Source: Mobula hypostoma
Taxonomy: Eukaryota
Direction of reading: 5' to 3'
Assembly (NCBI RefSeq): GCF_963921235.1
Contig: NC_086097.1
Span: 151,220,001-151,284,000 of the forward strand
DNA length: 64,000 nucleotides
Shown here: in pieces, positions 12,806-26,290 of the stretch
How positions within the stretch are numbered: the first letter of the stretch is position 1
Layout: the number at the start of each line of letters is the position of its first letter
Program-made: the position numbers and the translations under genes
The notes under the pieces: generated by a model
Databases searched by the model: none
What the model was told of the DNA's origin: nothing
Seen by the model: only the letters and a program-made list of their open reading frames with translations

Positions 12806-13644
12806 TTAGTCTCTAATGTTCCAAAGTAAACAATACCAATGTTTCATCATACCTGAAATGTGTGTCCCAGTATAATTATCATATAAGTCCTCTGTATCAT
12901 CTGCAGTGTAATCGTATCTCTACTATAATGCAGGATCAAAATTGTATGCAGTTTCCAAACTGCTAGCTGTTCTATACAGTTCTAGTATAATCTTCTTGGT
13001 CATCTCTCCTAGGTTTCAACTAATAAAGCATAGCACCACATTCAAATGTCCTTACATTTAAAGCTAACACTAACTATATTACAAAGAAGGAAGGGACCAA
13101 GAACAGAGTACTGCAATTTCCTCTTGCAGCATAAACTGACTTAATGTCACAGTATTATTGTCTGGATTTCTAGTTTTCATAAGCTATGTGGCATTAGAGG
13201 GGCTCATTCTGTATTCTTCTAACTCAAAAGTGTAGGCGTTCTGCCCTAATCAAAGACATACAGCAATTATCAAAGTCATCTCAATAAAAAGGAGAAGCAC
13301 AATAACACAATGAAGACAAAGGAAGGGATGATGTAAATCAAGAGTGCAGTTAGGTGACATTGTTTGTGTTCTTGATAAGGAAAGTTCTGATGTTCTGATA
13401 AATAGTTAGGTATGGTTACTATTTGTTAGCCTACAAAATTGATCTATTAGCAGAATCTTTCATGTTAAAATTGCTTGCAATGATTATTATACTTGGGGTA
13501 GATCATTCAGCTGTCATCAGAGTGAGCAGCTTCAGAACTCACTCTGGGTTGTTAAAAACCCTTCCAAAATTCTCAGAACTAACTAAGGAGTGTTTTTTTT
13601 CAATAAACAACTTCCTTTCTAGTGACAGCAGTCTGTAGCCATGC

Positions 13645-13968
13645 CAGATAGATAGGTAGATAGACATACTTTATTGATCCCGGGGGAAATTGGGTTTTGT
13701 TACAGTTGCACCAACCAAGAATAGAGTATAAATATAGCAATATAAAACCACAAATAATTAAATAATAATATGTAAATTATGCCAGATGGAAATAAGTCTA
13801 GGACCAGCCTACTGGCTCAGGGTGTCTGACCCTCCAAGGGAAGAGTTGTAAAGTTTGATGGCAGGAATGACTTCCTATGAAGCTCAGTGTTGCATCTCGG
13901 TGGAATGAGTCTCTGGCTGAATGTACTCCTGTGCCCACCCAGTACATTATGTAGTGGATGGGAGACAG
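13645..13968 (-). mobile_element. Rex1/Babar-like LINE 3' end with (TATC)n tail
   Basis: GATAGATAGGTAGATAGACATACTTTATTGATCC (tail plus AATAAA on minus), followed by AATGACTTCCTATGAAGCTCAGTGTTGCA, an RT C-terminus remnant. Confidence 0.6.
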
Positions 13969-15508
13969 CAGGACTACATTGGTAGGTTTAGTACATTCAT
14001 TCGGCGCTGTAAATTTCTCCTTGCTTGTAGGTATTGTAGCAGAAGAATCTGGGGAATTGATGGGAATATGGGGAGGACAAATTGCCTATAGTGTGGATTA
14101 GAGTAAATGAGTATTTGAGGGTTGGCATATAGTGCTCAAGAGCCGTTTCCATACAGTAACACTCTAGAACACTGCTATCACTTATATTTGCATGCGGAAA
14201 ACAGTAATTTGATGTAAGTAATGATGAATTTCAACAATGTTGAAGATTTGGAATCATTCATTAAAAACATCCAGCAAAAAAACATTGAGTCAGATAAAAT
14301 TTCCCAGTGAAGTGAGATACCAAGATGTCTTTCCCATTTCACTACCTGATACGTGGCCTTTGAGATAGAAGTTACATTTTTCATTGTCCTCTTGTGAAGT
14401 TATTGGGTTTACTGACTGCTAAATTCTAAACTCAAATGAAGACTTTAAGCCCTATCAAATATAAATAGCCATGAGCACTCTCACTAAAGAGAACTTATAC
14501 TTAACTACCCTCCAAGGCGAATTTAGCTGCCAATACCCACTATTCAAGCAGTGGATCCCCTTTCCCTATCAAGAAGATACTTCCACCTAACAAAGTAGTT
14601 TTAAACTATTACTACTACGTCGACTCAGGGGACTGGCGTTGGGCACGATGACGGATTTTCCACTTCTTAAAACATAGTTCATTTACCTACAGTGCTACAT
14701 GTTTAAATCCACACATTCTTAAAACGCATTTCAAGCCCACAGAGGATTCCTATCTTAAGCATTTCCCAATTGCAAACCATTTCTAAAACACAAACCATTT
14801 CCAAAGGTCAAAGCACAAAACATTTCTCAAACATAAAGGATTAAGGATCTCCAAAACACAGGTACAATTCCTATAAGCTAAAAAGACACACCAAAGATGT
14901 AAACAAATAAGTTAGTCGTTGCAGAAACTGAAGCAGGAGGAATGGATTCCAGTTTTTCCATGTTTTTTAGTCAATTACTAATAAGCCTGAACTTCTCCCT
15001 ACATTTTTATCCCTTTTCTCTCACTTGAGTGACTTCACAAGCATGTGATATTTCCTCAGATATCCTTTTAACACAAATGGACTAAAAGCATTTTGGAGAC
15101 ATACTATAGACTTTAGCTAGCTCCTCTTAATGCTGTAAAGCTAACTTCTGAGTACATAAATCTCTTCCAACTAGAAACACATCAGTAACTGATATGCTAA
15201 ATTATATTATCAATTTGGTTCTGCAAACTTCCTTGAGCTAAGCAACTTAAAAGTCAGTTTCTCTGTTTGAAACAACCCAAATTAAACCATCCATTGTCTT
15301 ATACTCTACTCTTGAGCAATATTAAAACAGGTGCAGTGACTCTTTGCAGACAGAGCATCTTTAAAATACAGAGCCTATCTGGAAAGCTGTTCTATAAAGA
15401 GTGTGGTTTTTAACTTCAAGCTGCTTTCCATTTACATCTTAAGAACTGAAAACTGACTTCCATTTACAACCAAAAGTTAAATGAACTGTTAGTTGGAAAT
15501 ATACTTAC

Positions 15509-15640
15509 ATCTGTTTTTCATTTTCCAAGTGGCAGCTGCTTGTGTTTAGAGAACATGAGATCTCCTGTCCAGGACAGTGAATATGCATCACACACTCTGG
15601 CTGCACTCTGGTTACATGAAGGCTGCCCTTCTTTTTATAT
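15509..15640 (-). other. Candidate internal exon (132 nt, open frame) of an unidentified transcript
   Basis: tctttgtgcag acceptor, gtaagta donor. Phase 2-2 frame YKKKGSLHVTRVQPECVMHIHCPGQEISCSLNTSSCHLENEKQ joins in frame to 20040-20179. No homology recognised. Confidence 0.35.
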
Positions 15641-17040
15641 CTGCACAAAGATTGTGCAGTTGTTTACAATTTTAACCACTAGGGGCCAGCTTCTCTGATC
15701 CAAAGACACGCAGACCAGACATGGAGCTGAGACATCTGACAGGACCCAAATATAAGATCACTCCATTCCATTTTTCTCCAGGTTAGTTCTGAAAAATCAG
15801 ATCAACGTTTTGTTCATGATGAAGCAGGAGGCAAGTCTGTGCTCCTACTGAAGAAATAATTACCCCACTACCTTTGGCAGCCAATTCCAGGCATCCACCT
15901 CTTTCTTTGTAAAAAAAATGTGCTCCACCTATCTCCTTTAAGCTTTCACCTCTCACCTTAAATGCATGTCTTCTAGCAATTGTCATTTCTACCCTAAAAA
16001 AAATCTGACTGGCTACCTTATATAATCCTTTTATAACTTTTTGAGCTCAGTGGACAGTTGGGAAAATGATCTATCACTGAAATGTGGAGTTCCTCTATTG
16101 TTTATGGCTTGCAGCCACAATGAGCATACTTTTTAGATACTGGCCCACTGTGACCAGAACCATATATTTTTTTTTCATATATTCATTAAGGGCTATCATC
16201 TGGCTTGTCTGTACTCCAAAACATTTGGAGAACTGCTTGCACAAACTGAATGTGGGAAGGTGAAAAAGAACTAATAAACTGGAGGATTGAGGACAAGAGA
16301 AGAATATGCTATCGTCAGGAAGAGGGGAAGAACATTGCATGAATGGGAGGAACAGTGGAAGAGTGCCAATATTTGCTGGAAAAAGAGGGAAGAGTGCAAA
16401 CATGTGCTGGAAGAGTAATGTAAAGAGCGTTGAAACAAACTGTAGAACTTCCAGGGTCAGGAGTACTTCTGAGCTGGAGAAAGTGCCAGCAAGAACTGTA
16501 GGAGAGAAAGTAAGAATGCAGCAGCAACTACAAAGGAGGGAGAGTGATGGGGAGAAAGAGACTATTGTTGAGAGGAATAGGGAAGAGTGAGATTATGAAA
16601 GGATGTGGGGAGAGCAGAGGACAAGTATAACCATATTCTCCATGGGGTGGATGTCAGAATGGAGGAATAATTTTAATATAATATTATAACAATGCATAAA
16701 ACAATTAAGGTAATTAACCAAACAGATTTCCATGGACAATAATTAAACCCGGTGGGAGGTAACCTTAGGAAACAAGAGAAAATTCAGCGGTTTGTCTAGA
16801 CTCTATGCCAAACAGATGGCAAATTGTAATGTATACAGTACTTGCAAATGTGATATGTTGTATTCTATTGCATTCAAGTTTCATTACATGTGGTATAGTA
16901 ATATGGAATCCTGCTTTTGAGTTTCTGAGCGTTCCTTCTCTTGTATGTGAGAAAGCTTGAGTGCAGCGTTAAACAAGCAAAAAATAATCTTACAATTTTC
17001 CCTAGAGCTATTTGTGGTGAAAAAGCTATATCATAATTCC

Positions 17041-17313
17041 ACCCCCCTTTCTTTCTCCCTAGGCATCCTGTCCCATGATCCTCTCACATCCCTTTTGCCA
17101 AACAAATGTCCAGCTCTTGGCTCCATCCCTCCCCCTCCTGTCTTCTCCTATCATTTTGGATCTCCCCTCCCACTCGCACTTTCAAATCTCTTACTAGCTC
17201 TTCTTTCAGTTAGTCCTGACGAAGGGTCTCGGCCCGAAACGTCGACTGTACCTCTTCCTATAGATGTTGCCTGGCCTGCTGCGTTCACCAGCGATTTTTA
17301 TGTGTGTTGCTTG
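17041..17313 (+). mobile_element. PLE 3'-UTR-only insertion with intact hammerhead (17212-17247)
   Basis: Highly similar to 51130-51405. Contains AGTCCTGACGAAGGGTCTCGGCCCGAAACGTCGACT. 11-bp TSD ATCATAATTCC at 17030-17040 and 17314-17324. Confidence 0.9.
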
Positions 17314-18954
17314 ATCATAATTCCTTCCTGACCTGACTATGTGTGCAACTGAATTTCAGTTGCATCGGTAACTGTGCAATATGAATTACCAGTACAAAAA
17401 ATAAATATTTCAAACAGCCTTTTAATTTTAATCCTCTCATGTTTGTCTCTAAGTTAAATTCTGAGCATTTTCTCCCTTAGTAGATGAAAACAGATATCGC
17501 GAAATTACTAATTCATATATTTTTTTCAGTAAAATCCATTTGCTAGGAGTCTGTAGTGCTTAGATGTAGAATTATCAGTACTATTTTATTCCCTTTACCA
17601 AGTTCTTATTGCTGTTTCACACCAGTTTCAAATTGTAGTTAATTGCTTTACAATTCTTTTGCCTAAACTGGAATGCAGATGGAATTGCTTTCAATGAAGG
17701 AGGAACGATTCCAGAATCCTCATTTCAAATATCTTTAGTTGTTTTGTCTTTGGTTTCTTCTTCACACAAAGTCGGGAATGTGACTATTTGCTAACAGTTA
17801 GAGACTCTGCAGTTCTCCTCCCAATTCTCCAAAGATAACAACATTCTAAATGACAAATAATATATGCATTATGGATGGCCATCTTGAACAAGAAAAATCA
17901 CTAACTTTAATTTCAATAGGATCAGCATCACTAAGATTCCCCTCCACAGCACCCTAGTCTAAAAGTTGGATCTATTAACTTCTATTTGCTATGTACAAAT
18001 CACATACGAAGTAACTTGACAAAAGCTAGATTGCAGAATATTTGAAACTGATTGTTCCATCATGATTGCAGCCTTTTTATATAGCATACATCAGAGCAAA
18101 ATGCAATCTGTCTCATTGATTAGCTTGTATCTTGCAGAATCATGGGGCTGCTCTCAACACAGGACTCGTTCGAGGTAGTCGTTCACATTGGGGGGGCGTT
18201 CACAGGTACAGATTTTTGGTGTGTTTCTCCTCCCCATCATAGCAACCTTTTATGCAACTGTTCCATGGTTGCCATGGAGTCCGACACCTTTCTTAGTAAT
18301 TACTATGGTATTATGAAGACTTTAATGAGCTTCTCATGCTGCTGTTAACACGAACTGAGCAGGTAATGTTTTACCACAGGATTATGGGTGCAAGTGTAAT
18401 TTTGTTTCTTTCGTTGAAAATTTATTTGCTCATTAAGCCAAATGCAGCATGTGCCCGGGACATCAAAAAAGTGGAGCAATTGGATTTCTAGCAATCGGCA
18501 ATTAACATGACAAAGGAACTGAACCAGACTAACCATGTTATAACTATACACCTAAAACCAAGGCAGAAGTTGGGTATTCTATAATAGCTGGATTACCTCT
18601 TAACTGTTCAGAACCCTTCTACAACTATGATGCCCCAGCCAGCTGTATAATCAAATGTTCATTCCTTGTGTTTATGGGTGAAAGATTCACTACAGGATAC
18701 CATCCAGAGCAGAATAGTTAGTGTAATTGACACCAATGCCTCCTGACCCAGTAATCAATAGTACTGCAGAATCTACAAGATCCACCACAGCAGTTCTCCA
18801 AAATTACTCCTTCACCTTTGACCACTATCAGTAAGAGCAAGCGTATCAATAGTATAGGGTTAGCACTTAGTAAGCTCCTTTGTCATATCAAGTATCATTC
18901 TAATACAAAAATCACCTTTCCATTTTGTCCTTGTTCATAATCTCAGTATTTTGT

Positions 18955-19740
18955 ATCAGTTTTCGAAGGTACATTTAATGTCAGAGAAATGTATACAATA
19001 TACATCCTGAAATTCTTTTTCTCCGCAACTATCCACGAAAGCAGAGTGCCCCAAAGAATGAAAGACAGCTAAATGTTCAAACCAAAAGCCAACCCCCAGC
19101 TCCCCCCTCCCATGTGTAACCAGCAGCAAAGCAATGATCCCCCCTCCCCCACCTGCAAAAAAAAGCATCGGCGCCCTCCACCGAGCACTCAAGCGTGCAG
19201 CAAAGCATCAATAAAGACACGAACTTGCAGTACCCCAAAGACTACTCATTTACCCGGTAATTTGACATACCACAGGCTCTCTCTCTCCCTAATAAGGGAA
19301 AAAGAGGTGCCCCATTTCACAGCGAGAGGGGAGATATAACAAACAAGTCACTGATTTATGATGTTGCAAGTCTGTTGCGTCGCTTTTTCCGAGCTCTGAG
19401 CCCAAAGAACTCGGGTCTCTGGGCACACGGTCAGCAGCCAGCTTGCTGCTTTCGATCTTCCATGTACTCCCACAATACACCAGGCGGCGGCACCAACAAC
19501 CTCATCCGCCTGCCTCCACCAACCTCAAGTCTGCTCGCCTCCAGAGCCACGAAATCCCACAACTCCAAAGGCGTGCTAGTCTTCTGGGCTGCGTCCTTGG
19601 TATATCGAATAGTAGCCATTTGTGGTACCCCGAGATCGGGTCCCATTCCCGCAAAGAACTGAAGTCAGTGTGTAACTCCAGGTCAGTGTGTAACTCCAGG
19701 TGGAAATCGAGTTGTTTCTGAAGATGCAAGGAGTCGCCGT
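18955..19740 (-). repeat. Interspersed non-coding retroposon-like repeat; second, shorter copy at 37519-37710
   Basis: Both copies share TTTAATGTCAGAGAAATGTATACAATATACATCCTGAAAT...CCCAAAGAATGAA. The 37519 copy starts with a (TTCAAAGG)n tail and interrupts a CR1. Confidence 0.7.
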
Positions 19741-20039
19741 CGTCTCATTAATTGAATGGTTCTCAGATCATCAATGAGAACAAACACCAACTCATAGTGT
19801 AACTAAAAGTTAATAATGACTGCAGTTTTGTTGATTTTTACTGGTTAATAAATATGGCTGCTTCAATTATACTTTATTTCTCAGCAATGAGAAAATTTAA
19901 AGTACATTTGCCGACTTGTGTTGAATTCCAAGTCACAATACTTAAGAAAAGTTTAACAAGACTAGACTAAGAAGATGGCCTACACGACGTGCATAAGTGA
20001 AAACTAGGCCCAATAAATTATCGCGACTTTTCTGAATAC

Positions 20040-20179
20040 CTTCCAAGCATTTGGAATGACTCAGGAGAAATCAGAGAAGAGACAGATCTATTGTTGTCGC
20101 AGACTGCATCAACCACTCTTCCAGCAAACTCCACGTTTTTGATCTGTTGAAGGCGTTTTTTTGTCTCTGTTTGTGTTTC
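20040..20179 (-). other. Candidate internal exon (140 nt, open frame) of an unidentified transcript
   Basis: tatttgcttcag acceptor, AAG|gtattc donor. Phase 0-2 frame ETQTETKKRLQQIKNVEFAGRVVDAVCDNNRSVSSLISPESFQMLG. Non-repetitive context. Confidence 0.35.
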
Positions 20180-22789
20180 CTGAAGCAAATACATTCTACA
20201 GAGGAACACTTCAACATGAAAAGACCATTCAGCTTTAACTTTGCTCCAGAAATTCAAATAGATTATGGTTTCCCATCCTTGATCCCCTTACTTAACCCTC
20301 ATTCCTTGCCATGTTAATCTAGCTTCTTTCTTTAAAACTTAATCAATAAAGCATTAGTTGCTTTTAGTTAGGTTTTATTGCACAAAACTTAACCTTACAC
20401 AAAGCTTATTCATTCCATATTTGTGACCTTGAATTTTAAAATTGGCTCTGGAGCATAATCATTTCTGGATTGCTGGGTCAGTGACAGGATTAGTATCCAC
20501 TGCGGCCTCAACGTGTTCTAATCTAAAGAGGGTGGCGCAAATTAAACCTCTTTCTGGCTCCTAACAATGGCTCAACCAGTCCAGAAGACAGAAATGCAAT
20601 CTATGAAGCAGAACCAAGTTTGTATATCAGGTGCGTAGTCAAGAATAGAAAATTAATTGAAATATTAGCGGATATAATTTGTGGGTAGAATAATAATTTG
20701 AGATAAACAATAAGGTGTAAAATATTAAATATTAAAACAAAACCTTTAAAGTTGAAATGTGTAATCATAGTTCCATCACAATTTCACATCAGTATACTGG
20801 ATAATGCTCATTTAGAACCCTTGTTCATTCAGTAGAGCTGATGTTGTACTGTATATCAAACAACATTGATGGGAAATGCACCTTAACTGGCAAGTCCTAA
20901 CATGCATAGCTTCTACTGAAATTCTACTCTCTATTTCCAACATAAAATGAAGTTTTCTTGACATTGCTGGAATGTTGGCCTGTACTATTGATTTACTTCA
21001 TGCTGAGTTTCTGACTTCAGCTGTAAGATATGTGGTGAGAACAAGTGATGAAGGTCAAAAAACTCAAGAGAATAAGTCAGCCAAATTTGAAGGAGTTTTG
21101 CACTGGCTATTTAAAGAGTATCATTGAGGAATCTGAAAACCTCATGAGTGAATATAATACTCAATGGAACTATGTCGACAGATCAGAGACACCACGTGTT
21201 TGAAGATGTAATGTTAACTGATCTCAACCAAAACTAAAGGACACTGAAGCTGATTTCTGAAAAAGAGAACAAAATTAATCAAGTTTCATGCTATTTTTCA
21301 TTATCCAATGATTCCAGATATTTTGTATAAACTATTACTTGGGTGTTCAACTTGGGTTTCTCAGCTTGAATAGTCCACCAGTAATGAATGTAAAGGTTCT
21401 TTCACAAAGAATGAGTTGTACATGGAATTTGGGATGATGTTTACCACGTGTGAAACAAAAAAAAGAGTAAAGGTTAGTTAATACTAAATAAATGCCTTTG
21501 GATAATAAGAAGGCAAGCCCTCTTGACTCTCTAATGAGAGAAAACATACATCATTATGCCAATTTAGAGGGACGAAGATCTGTGGTGTTTTAATAAATGG
21601 GTTCAAGGTAGTGTATTTTGGGTCTTACATGTGGTCCAAACAAATAAGTTGCTTGATTCATTATAACCATGATATAAGATACTCTTACAGAACAATTAAC
21701 ACCCTTTAAATTAAATATATTTGAAAATATACTAACACTATAAAGAAAACCTGCCAGATCTGCATTAATCCTTAGAAATAAATCAGATATCCTAGCAAAT
21801 CCTACATGAGCTGCTCACTTGCTCAGTCCTGTTCATTTCCTTCAAAGAATCTCGTTCCATATACACTATAATGATATATGTGAATAAATTAATGTATTGA
21901 TAGGAACAACATTCTAAATTACCTGGTGTAATTCTTCACCACTGTTGCCAGTCTCTTCTTTTCACCTGCAAAAGGAAAGTCCAGATTGTGAGGCAGATGT
22001 ATAAATATGTGAGGGGATTCAGCAGAAATGGTATACAAGAAAGGAGACAGATGTTGCAAAAGTGATAACTCCCCAGATGCCTGAGCTTAAATCTAATAAG
22101 CTCTGAAAAATTCTGCTGAGGATATCTTCAAGTCACTAGACCTTTTCAGGTCCCTAAGCTTGTAAGCCAGTTCATCCACATCGATCTGCTGCACATCACT
22201 ATCCAACTTTGTTCTTCTTTGGAATAAATAAGATGACCTTTCTTAACCCTAAACTCTGTTACCTTGGTAACATCAGACTTGTGATAAGAAAAATGGATTT
22301 CTAAATGTTTACTTGACCTGTTCCTGATTTTTTTCCCACTCTCAGAACCCCCAAATCTTACTTTGCTGACATATTTTGGTCACCCTCTGAATAAAAACTT
22401 CTCTTCTAACCTTTGTTCTCTTTCTCACTATTATTAATATCAAATATAGACTTAGCTTTCAGAATCTATCACCGTACTGCTGATCACAAATAAATAAAGA
22501 GAATTAAAACTGATTTGCTTCATACTTTAATAATGTCATGCTTCTCCCTTTTTAGAAATGTTGAATAAAGGCATCCCTTTATCTAACAGGTTTAAGATAT
22601 CCTTTACAGAACAGCAATATATAAAGGAATAATTAATATTGGAGTTTGGGTCCTCATCCAGAATTTTTAGTAACAACACTCATAGTCCAGAGCAATTTGG
22701 CTTAAGGCTCTTTTTATATTTGATATTATTTGGTGTTGCAAATTAACTGCTAATGGCAGCATCATGTAAATTAATAAGAGATTTTGGAA

Positions 22790-23330
22790 TCAAGATATAT
22801 GAGGCCTTCCATTGGCCAGGGTCAACTATGGATGTTGTGTCCCAGCTATCGACGTGATGTACAAGCCAAAATGCAAGCCAGGGCAGTATAATAGGAAAAG
22901 CAAGCTGTTGCCCATGTAGCAGGCTCCCCCTCCGCACAGCTGATGGATCCAAAGGAACGGCAGAGACCAATACAGATTGGCACCAGCGGTATGACAGGTG
23001 TCGCCGGGCAGCACTGAACTCAATGTAGGACTTCCTTAGTGACTCCAGCTCCAAATTTCTCCTCAGGGTTTACTCCCGAAACCTTCCCCATGAGTAGGTA
23101 TAGTAGCAAGTCAGTGGAGGTTTAAGATCAGATATTCCCTTCGCATAGTTAAGCTGCCAACCATGGCTGAGGAGCTGCATCTTCCTGAAGTGACATGTGA
23201 AGGCCAAGATCCGGAGTTGGTTATCAGCGGCCATTTGAGAAGCACGCCACTGGGAGCATTTATCGGGTAGTGGGAGCTTGTATCCCCCCACCCCCCCAAC
23301 CCCTGGCTATAACAACCTTGAGGAACCAAT
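22790..23330. repeat. GC-richer interspersed repeat, probably RTE-related; relative at 63600-64000
   Basis: Both regions share TCCAAAGGAA...TAC...TTGGCACCAGC...GGGTTTA(C/T)TCCCG. The family assignment is from recollection only. Confidence 0.45.
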
Positions 23331-23899
23331 CGAGATATAATGTTTGGACTATTAATTCAGGTCCATCCAAAGTTCACATTGGTTAAGTGGTGAATTCTCC
23401 ACAAGGCATTCCTGATGTGAATGTGTGCCTACCGCCACACATATGGCAAATAGTGGATTTGGAATCTGTCACTGAGCGGAAAATCACCGACTAGATGTTC
23501 CATTACCCAAACCATTCTCCTGAAGCTCTTAGTTCCACACTATATGCACATGTATCTTTATCTTCTTTCTTAAAAGTAATTTCCCTGTAAAAGAGACAAA
23601 CAGACTCTAGTAATAGAGCAGCTGGGAGGAGAATACCAGCTGCTCTCTTGCTAGAACTTATTTGTCTCCTTTGCAGAGTTGGCTTAGAGGGAAATCATCA
23701 ACAATCAACAGAAGAGAGAATTCAGCTGCAGCAGACATCACTAGAACAGCTAGAAATATTGTTAGTTTCAATTGTTGCAATTCTAGCACCCAATTTAGAA
23801 AGTTATAGCACATGATCTAGTCTGACACAACAGTCCTGTGCAGGTGAACTGCTACATAATGGGAAATGCCTTATTCTGGATGAGATTTGACACTGAGAG

Positions 23900-24115
23900 T
23901 GTCACAACCATGGACTTTGCCACAGGGTCTACCCGCCTGCGCATACAGGCTGTGGAAAAGGTTCAGCAATCGTGCTCGTGATTCTGCATGTTCCAGCTAA
24001 TTACTGTTTCTTTATGGAGGTAGTAAACTCCCTTCTTTTCATTCTAACCTTGTCAAAACTTGATTAAAAGTACAGCAATGTTTATGCTCCCTGCTTATCC
24101 TGATCATTATCTGGG
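23900..24115 (+). mobile_element. LTR remnant related to the LTRs of the Gypsy element at 44157-46304
   Basis: Starts TGTCAC. Shares GGTTCAGCAAT, GTTCCAGCTAATTA and ACTCCCTTCTTTTC with 44157-44310 and 45890-46040. Confidence 0.65.
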
Positions 24116-24709
24116 ATAATAGGTCATTATCTGATCTATTCCATGCTCTCTCCAGTTGTCAAGAAATGATCTTACAAATCCATACAAAGAAGAGAAATGG
24201 GTTCAGAATTAACGCTGAGTATTTCCAGAAACATTTCTTCACAATTTTAAACCACTGTGATGCCACCTCTGGTTATTCTCTTCACATTTGGGCCAATCTT
24301 TGTGACAGTGTCACACAGTGGTTACTGCCCAAAGTTAGCAATGGGTTTGTTGAGCCCATATTACTTCTGTGTACAAGCAGTGTCCCAATAGTCCTGCACG
24401 TTATTTCCTTTTAGTTATTCATTCTACACTCTTCTGCTTTTTGAAAAATGAATTTGCCTTCACTGCTATTCCTGGCAGAGCATTCCAGACAATAACGGCA
24501 TGATGTGTTTAAAAAAAAACCTTTCCTTAGGTCACGCATGTTTCCTTTCAATAATATCCTTCAGCCAATACCACTGAATAGATTAGCTAGTCGTCTATCC
24601 CACTGGTGTTTGTGGACTTTGCTGCCTACATATTGGCTGAAAAATAGCCCTGCCTTTCAGCCACAATGATATAGAAGAATTTAGTAAGACATGAAGAACT
24701 TTGTAACCT

Positions 24710-24832
24710 CAAGAAAACATGCTGTTGCTGGAAATCAAGGTAACACACATGAAATGCTGGAGGAACTCGGTAGGCCAGGTAACATCTATGGAAAAGAATA
24801 AACAGTTGATATTTCAAGCCGAGACCCTTCTT
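24710..24832 (-). mobile_element. Old PLE 3' terminal fragment
   Basis: GCTGGAAATCAAGGTAACACACATGAAATGCTGGAGGAACTC...GCCGAGACCCTTC is the reverse complement of the PLE terminus. Confidence 0.75.
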
Positions 24833-25084
24833 TGGGAAGTTGTTTAAAAAAAATTTCATGACAAACTGAATTTTCCATTTAGGAGCTGCCAGCACACAGT
24901 AAAAGTACAATCACCAAATTGCATCCACATCAGTCTTTGAACTTCATCCAATAAGTCAGAGGCTGGAGTGTGTGTTTTACCAGGAGGCAATTCTAGTATC
25001 CCTGGGGAATACATGAGGAAAATAGCACAATAATTCTTCCTGTGGTCTGAAATAAACCGGTATTAAAGCAATGTTAGTTCAACA

Positions 25085-26290
25085 AAAGTTCAAAGTAAAT
25101 TTATTAATAACGTGCATCCATGTCACCATATACAACCCTGAGATTTGTTTCTTTGTGGGCATACTCAGAGCAAGTCCAAGAAACATAATAGAATGAGTGA
25201 AAGACTACATCCAACAAGATTGACAAACAACCAGTGTGCAAAAAACAACAATCTGTGCAAATATAAAAAAAGAAATAATAATAATAATAAATAAATATTG
25301 AGAAGATGAAATGAAGAGTCTTTGAAAGTGAGTCCTTAGGTTGTGGAAACAGTCCAATGATGGGCCGAGTGAAATTGAGTGACATTATCCCCACTGGTTC
25401 AAGAACCTGATGGATGAGGGGTATTAACTGTTCCTGCACCTGGGGTGTGGGTTTTGAGGCTCCTGGATCTCCTTCCTGATGGCAGCAGCGAGAAGCAAGA
25501 TTGACCTGGATGGTGGGAGTCCTTGATTATGGATGCTGCTTTCCTGCAACGGTGTTCCGTGTAGGTGCGCTCAATGTTGGGGATAACTTTATGCATGATG
25601 AACTGGGCGGTATCCACTACTTTTTGAAGCATTTTTCATTCAATGGAATTGGTGTTTCCATGCCATGGCGTGATGCATTCTGTTAATATGCCCTCCACCA
25701 AGCATCTATAGAAACATTGAAGTTTTAGTTGTCATGCCAAAACTTTGCAAACTTCTAAGGAAGTAAAGGCACTGCAGTGCTTTCTTCATAATTGCACTGA
25801 GGTGCTGGGCCCAGGACAGATCCTCTGAAATGATAACACTAGGAATTTAAATTTGCTGTGCCTCTCTGCCGCTGATCCCCTGATGAGAACTGGCTGATGG
25901 ACCTCCAGTTTTCTCCTCCTGAAATCAATAATCAGCTCCTTGGTCTTGCTGACAATGAATGAGAGGTTATTGCTGTGGCAGGTTTTCAGTCTCCCTCCTA
26001 TGTGTTAATTTGTCACCACCTTTGACTTAGCCTGTGACAGTGCTGTTGTCAGTAAGCTTAAATATGGTATTAGAGCTGTGCTTTGCCTCACAGACAGAAG
26101 CATAACGCGAGTAGAACATTGGGATAAAGCACACAGGTGCGCCTGTGCTGATGGAGATGTTGCTGCCAATCTGAACTGACTGAGGTCTACAAGTGAGGAA
26201 ATCAAGGATCCAAATGCACACAGAGATATTGAGGCCAAGCTTTTGAAGCTTATTGATTAGTTTTGAAGGGATGATAGTATTGAAAATAGT
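25085..26290 (-). mobile_element. Rex1/Babar-like LINE 3' portion
   Basis: Minus ORFs: [29 protein letters not shown]...CRKAASIIKDSHHPG...LLPSGRR. Confidence 0.85.

Noticed and set aside
14390..15495. Possible LTR-like or other repeat with short internal duplications
   Set aside because: I could not define termini, a TSD or a second copy in the window.
16250..16625. ORFs 16095-16403, 16306-16590 and 16315-16527
   Set aside because: Purine-rich low-complexity tract in which stops are scarce by composition. No motifs or splice support.
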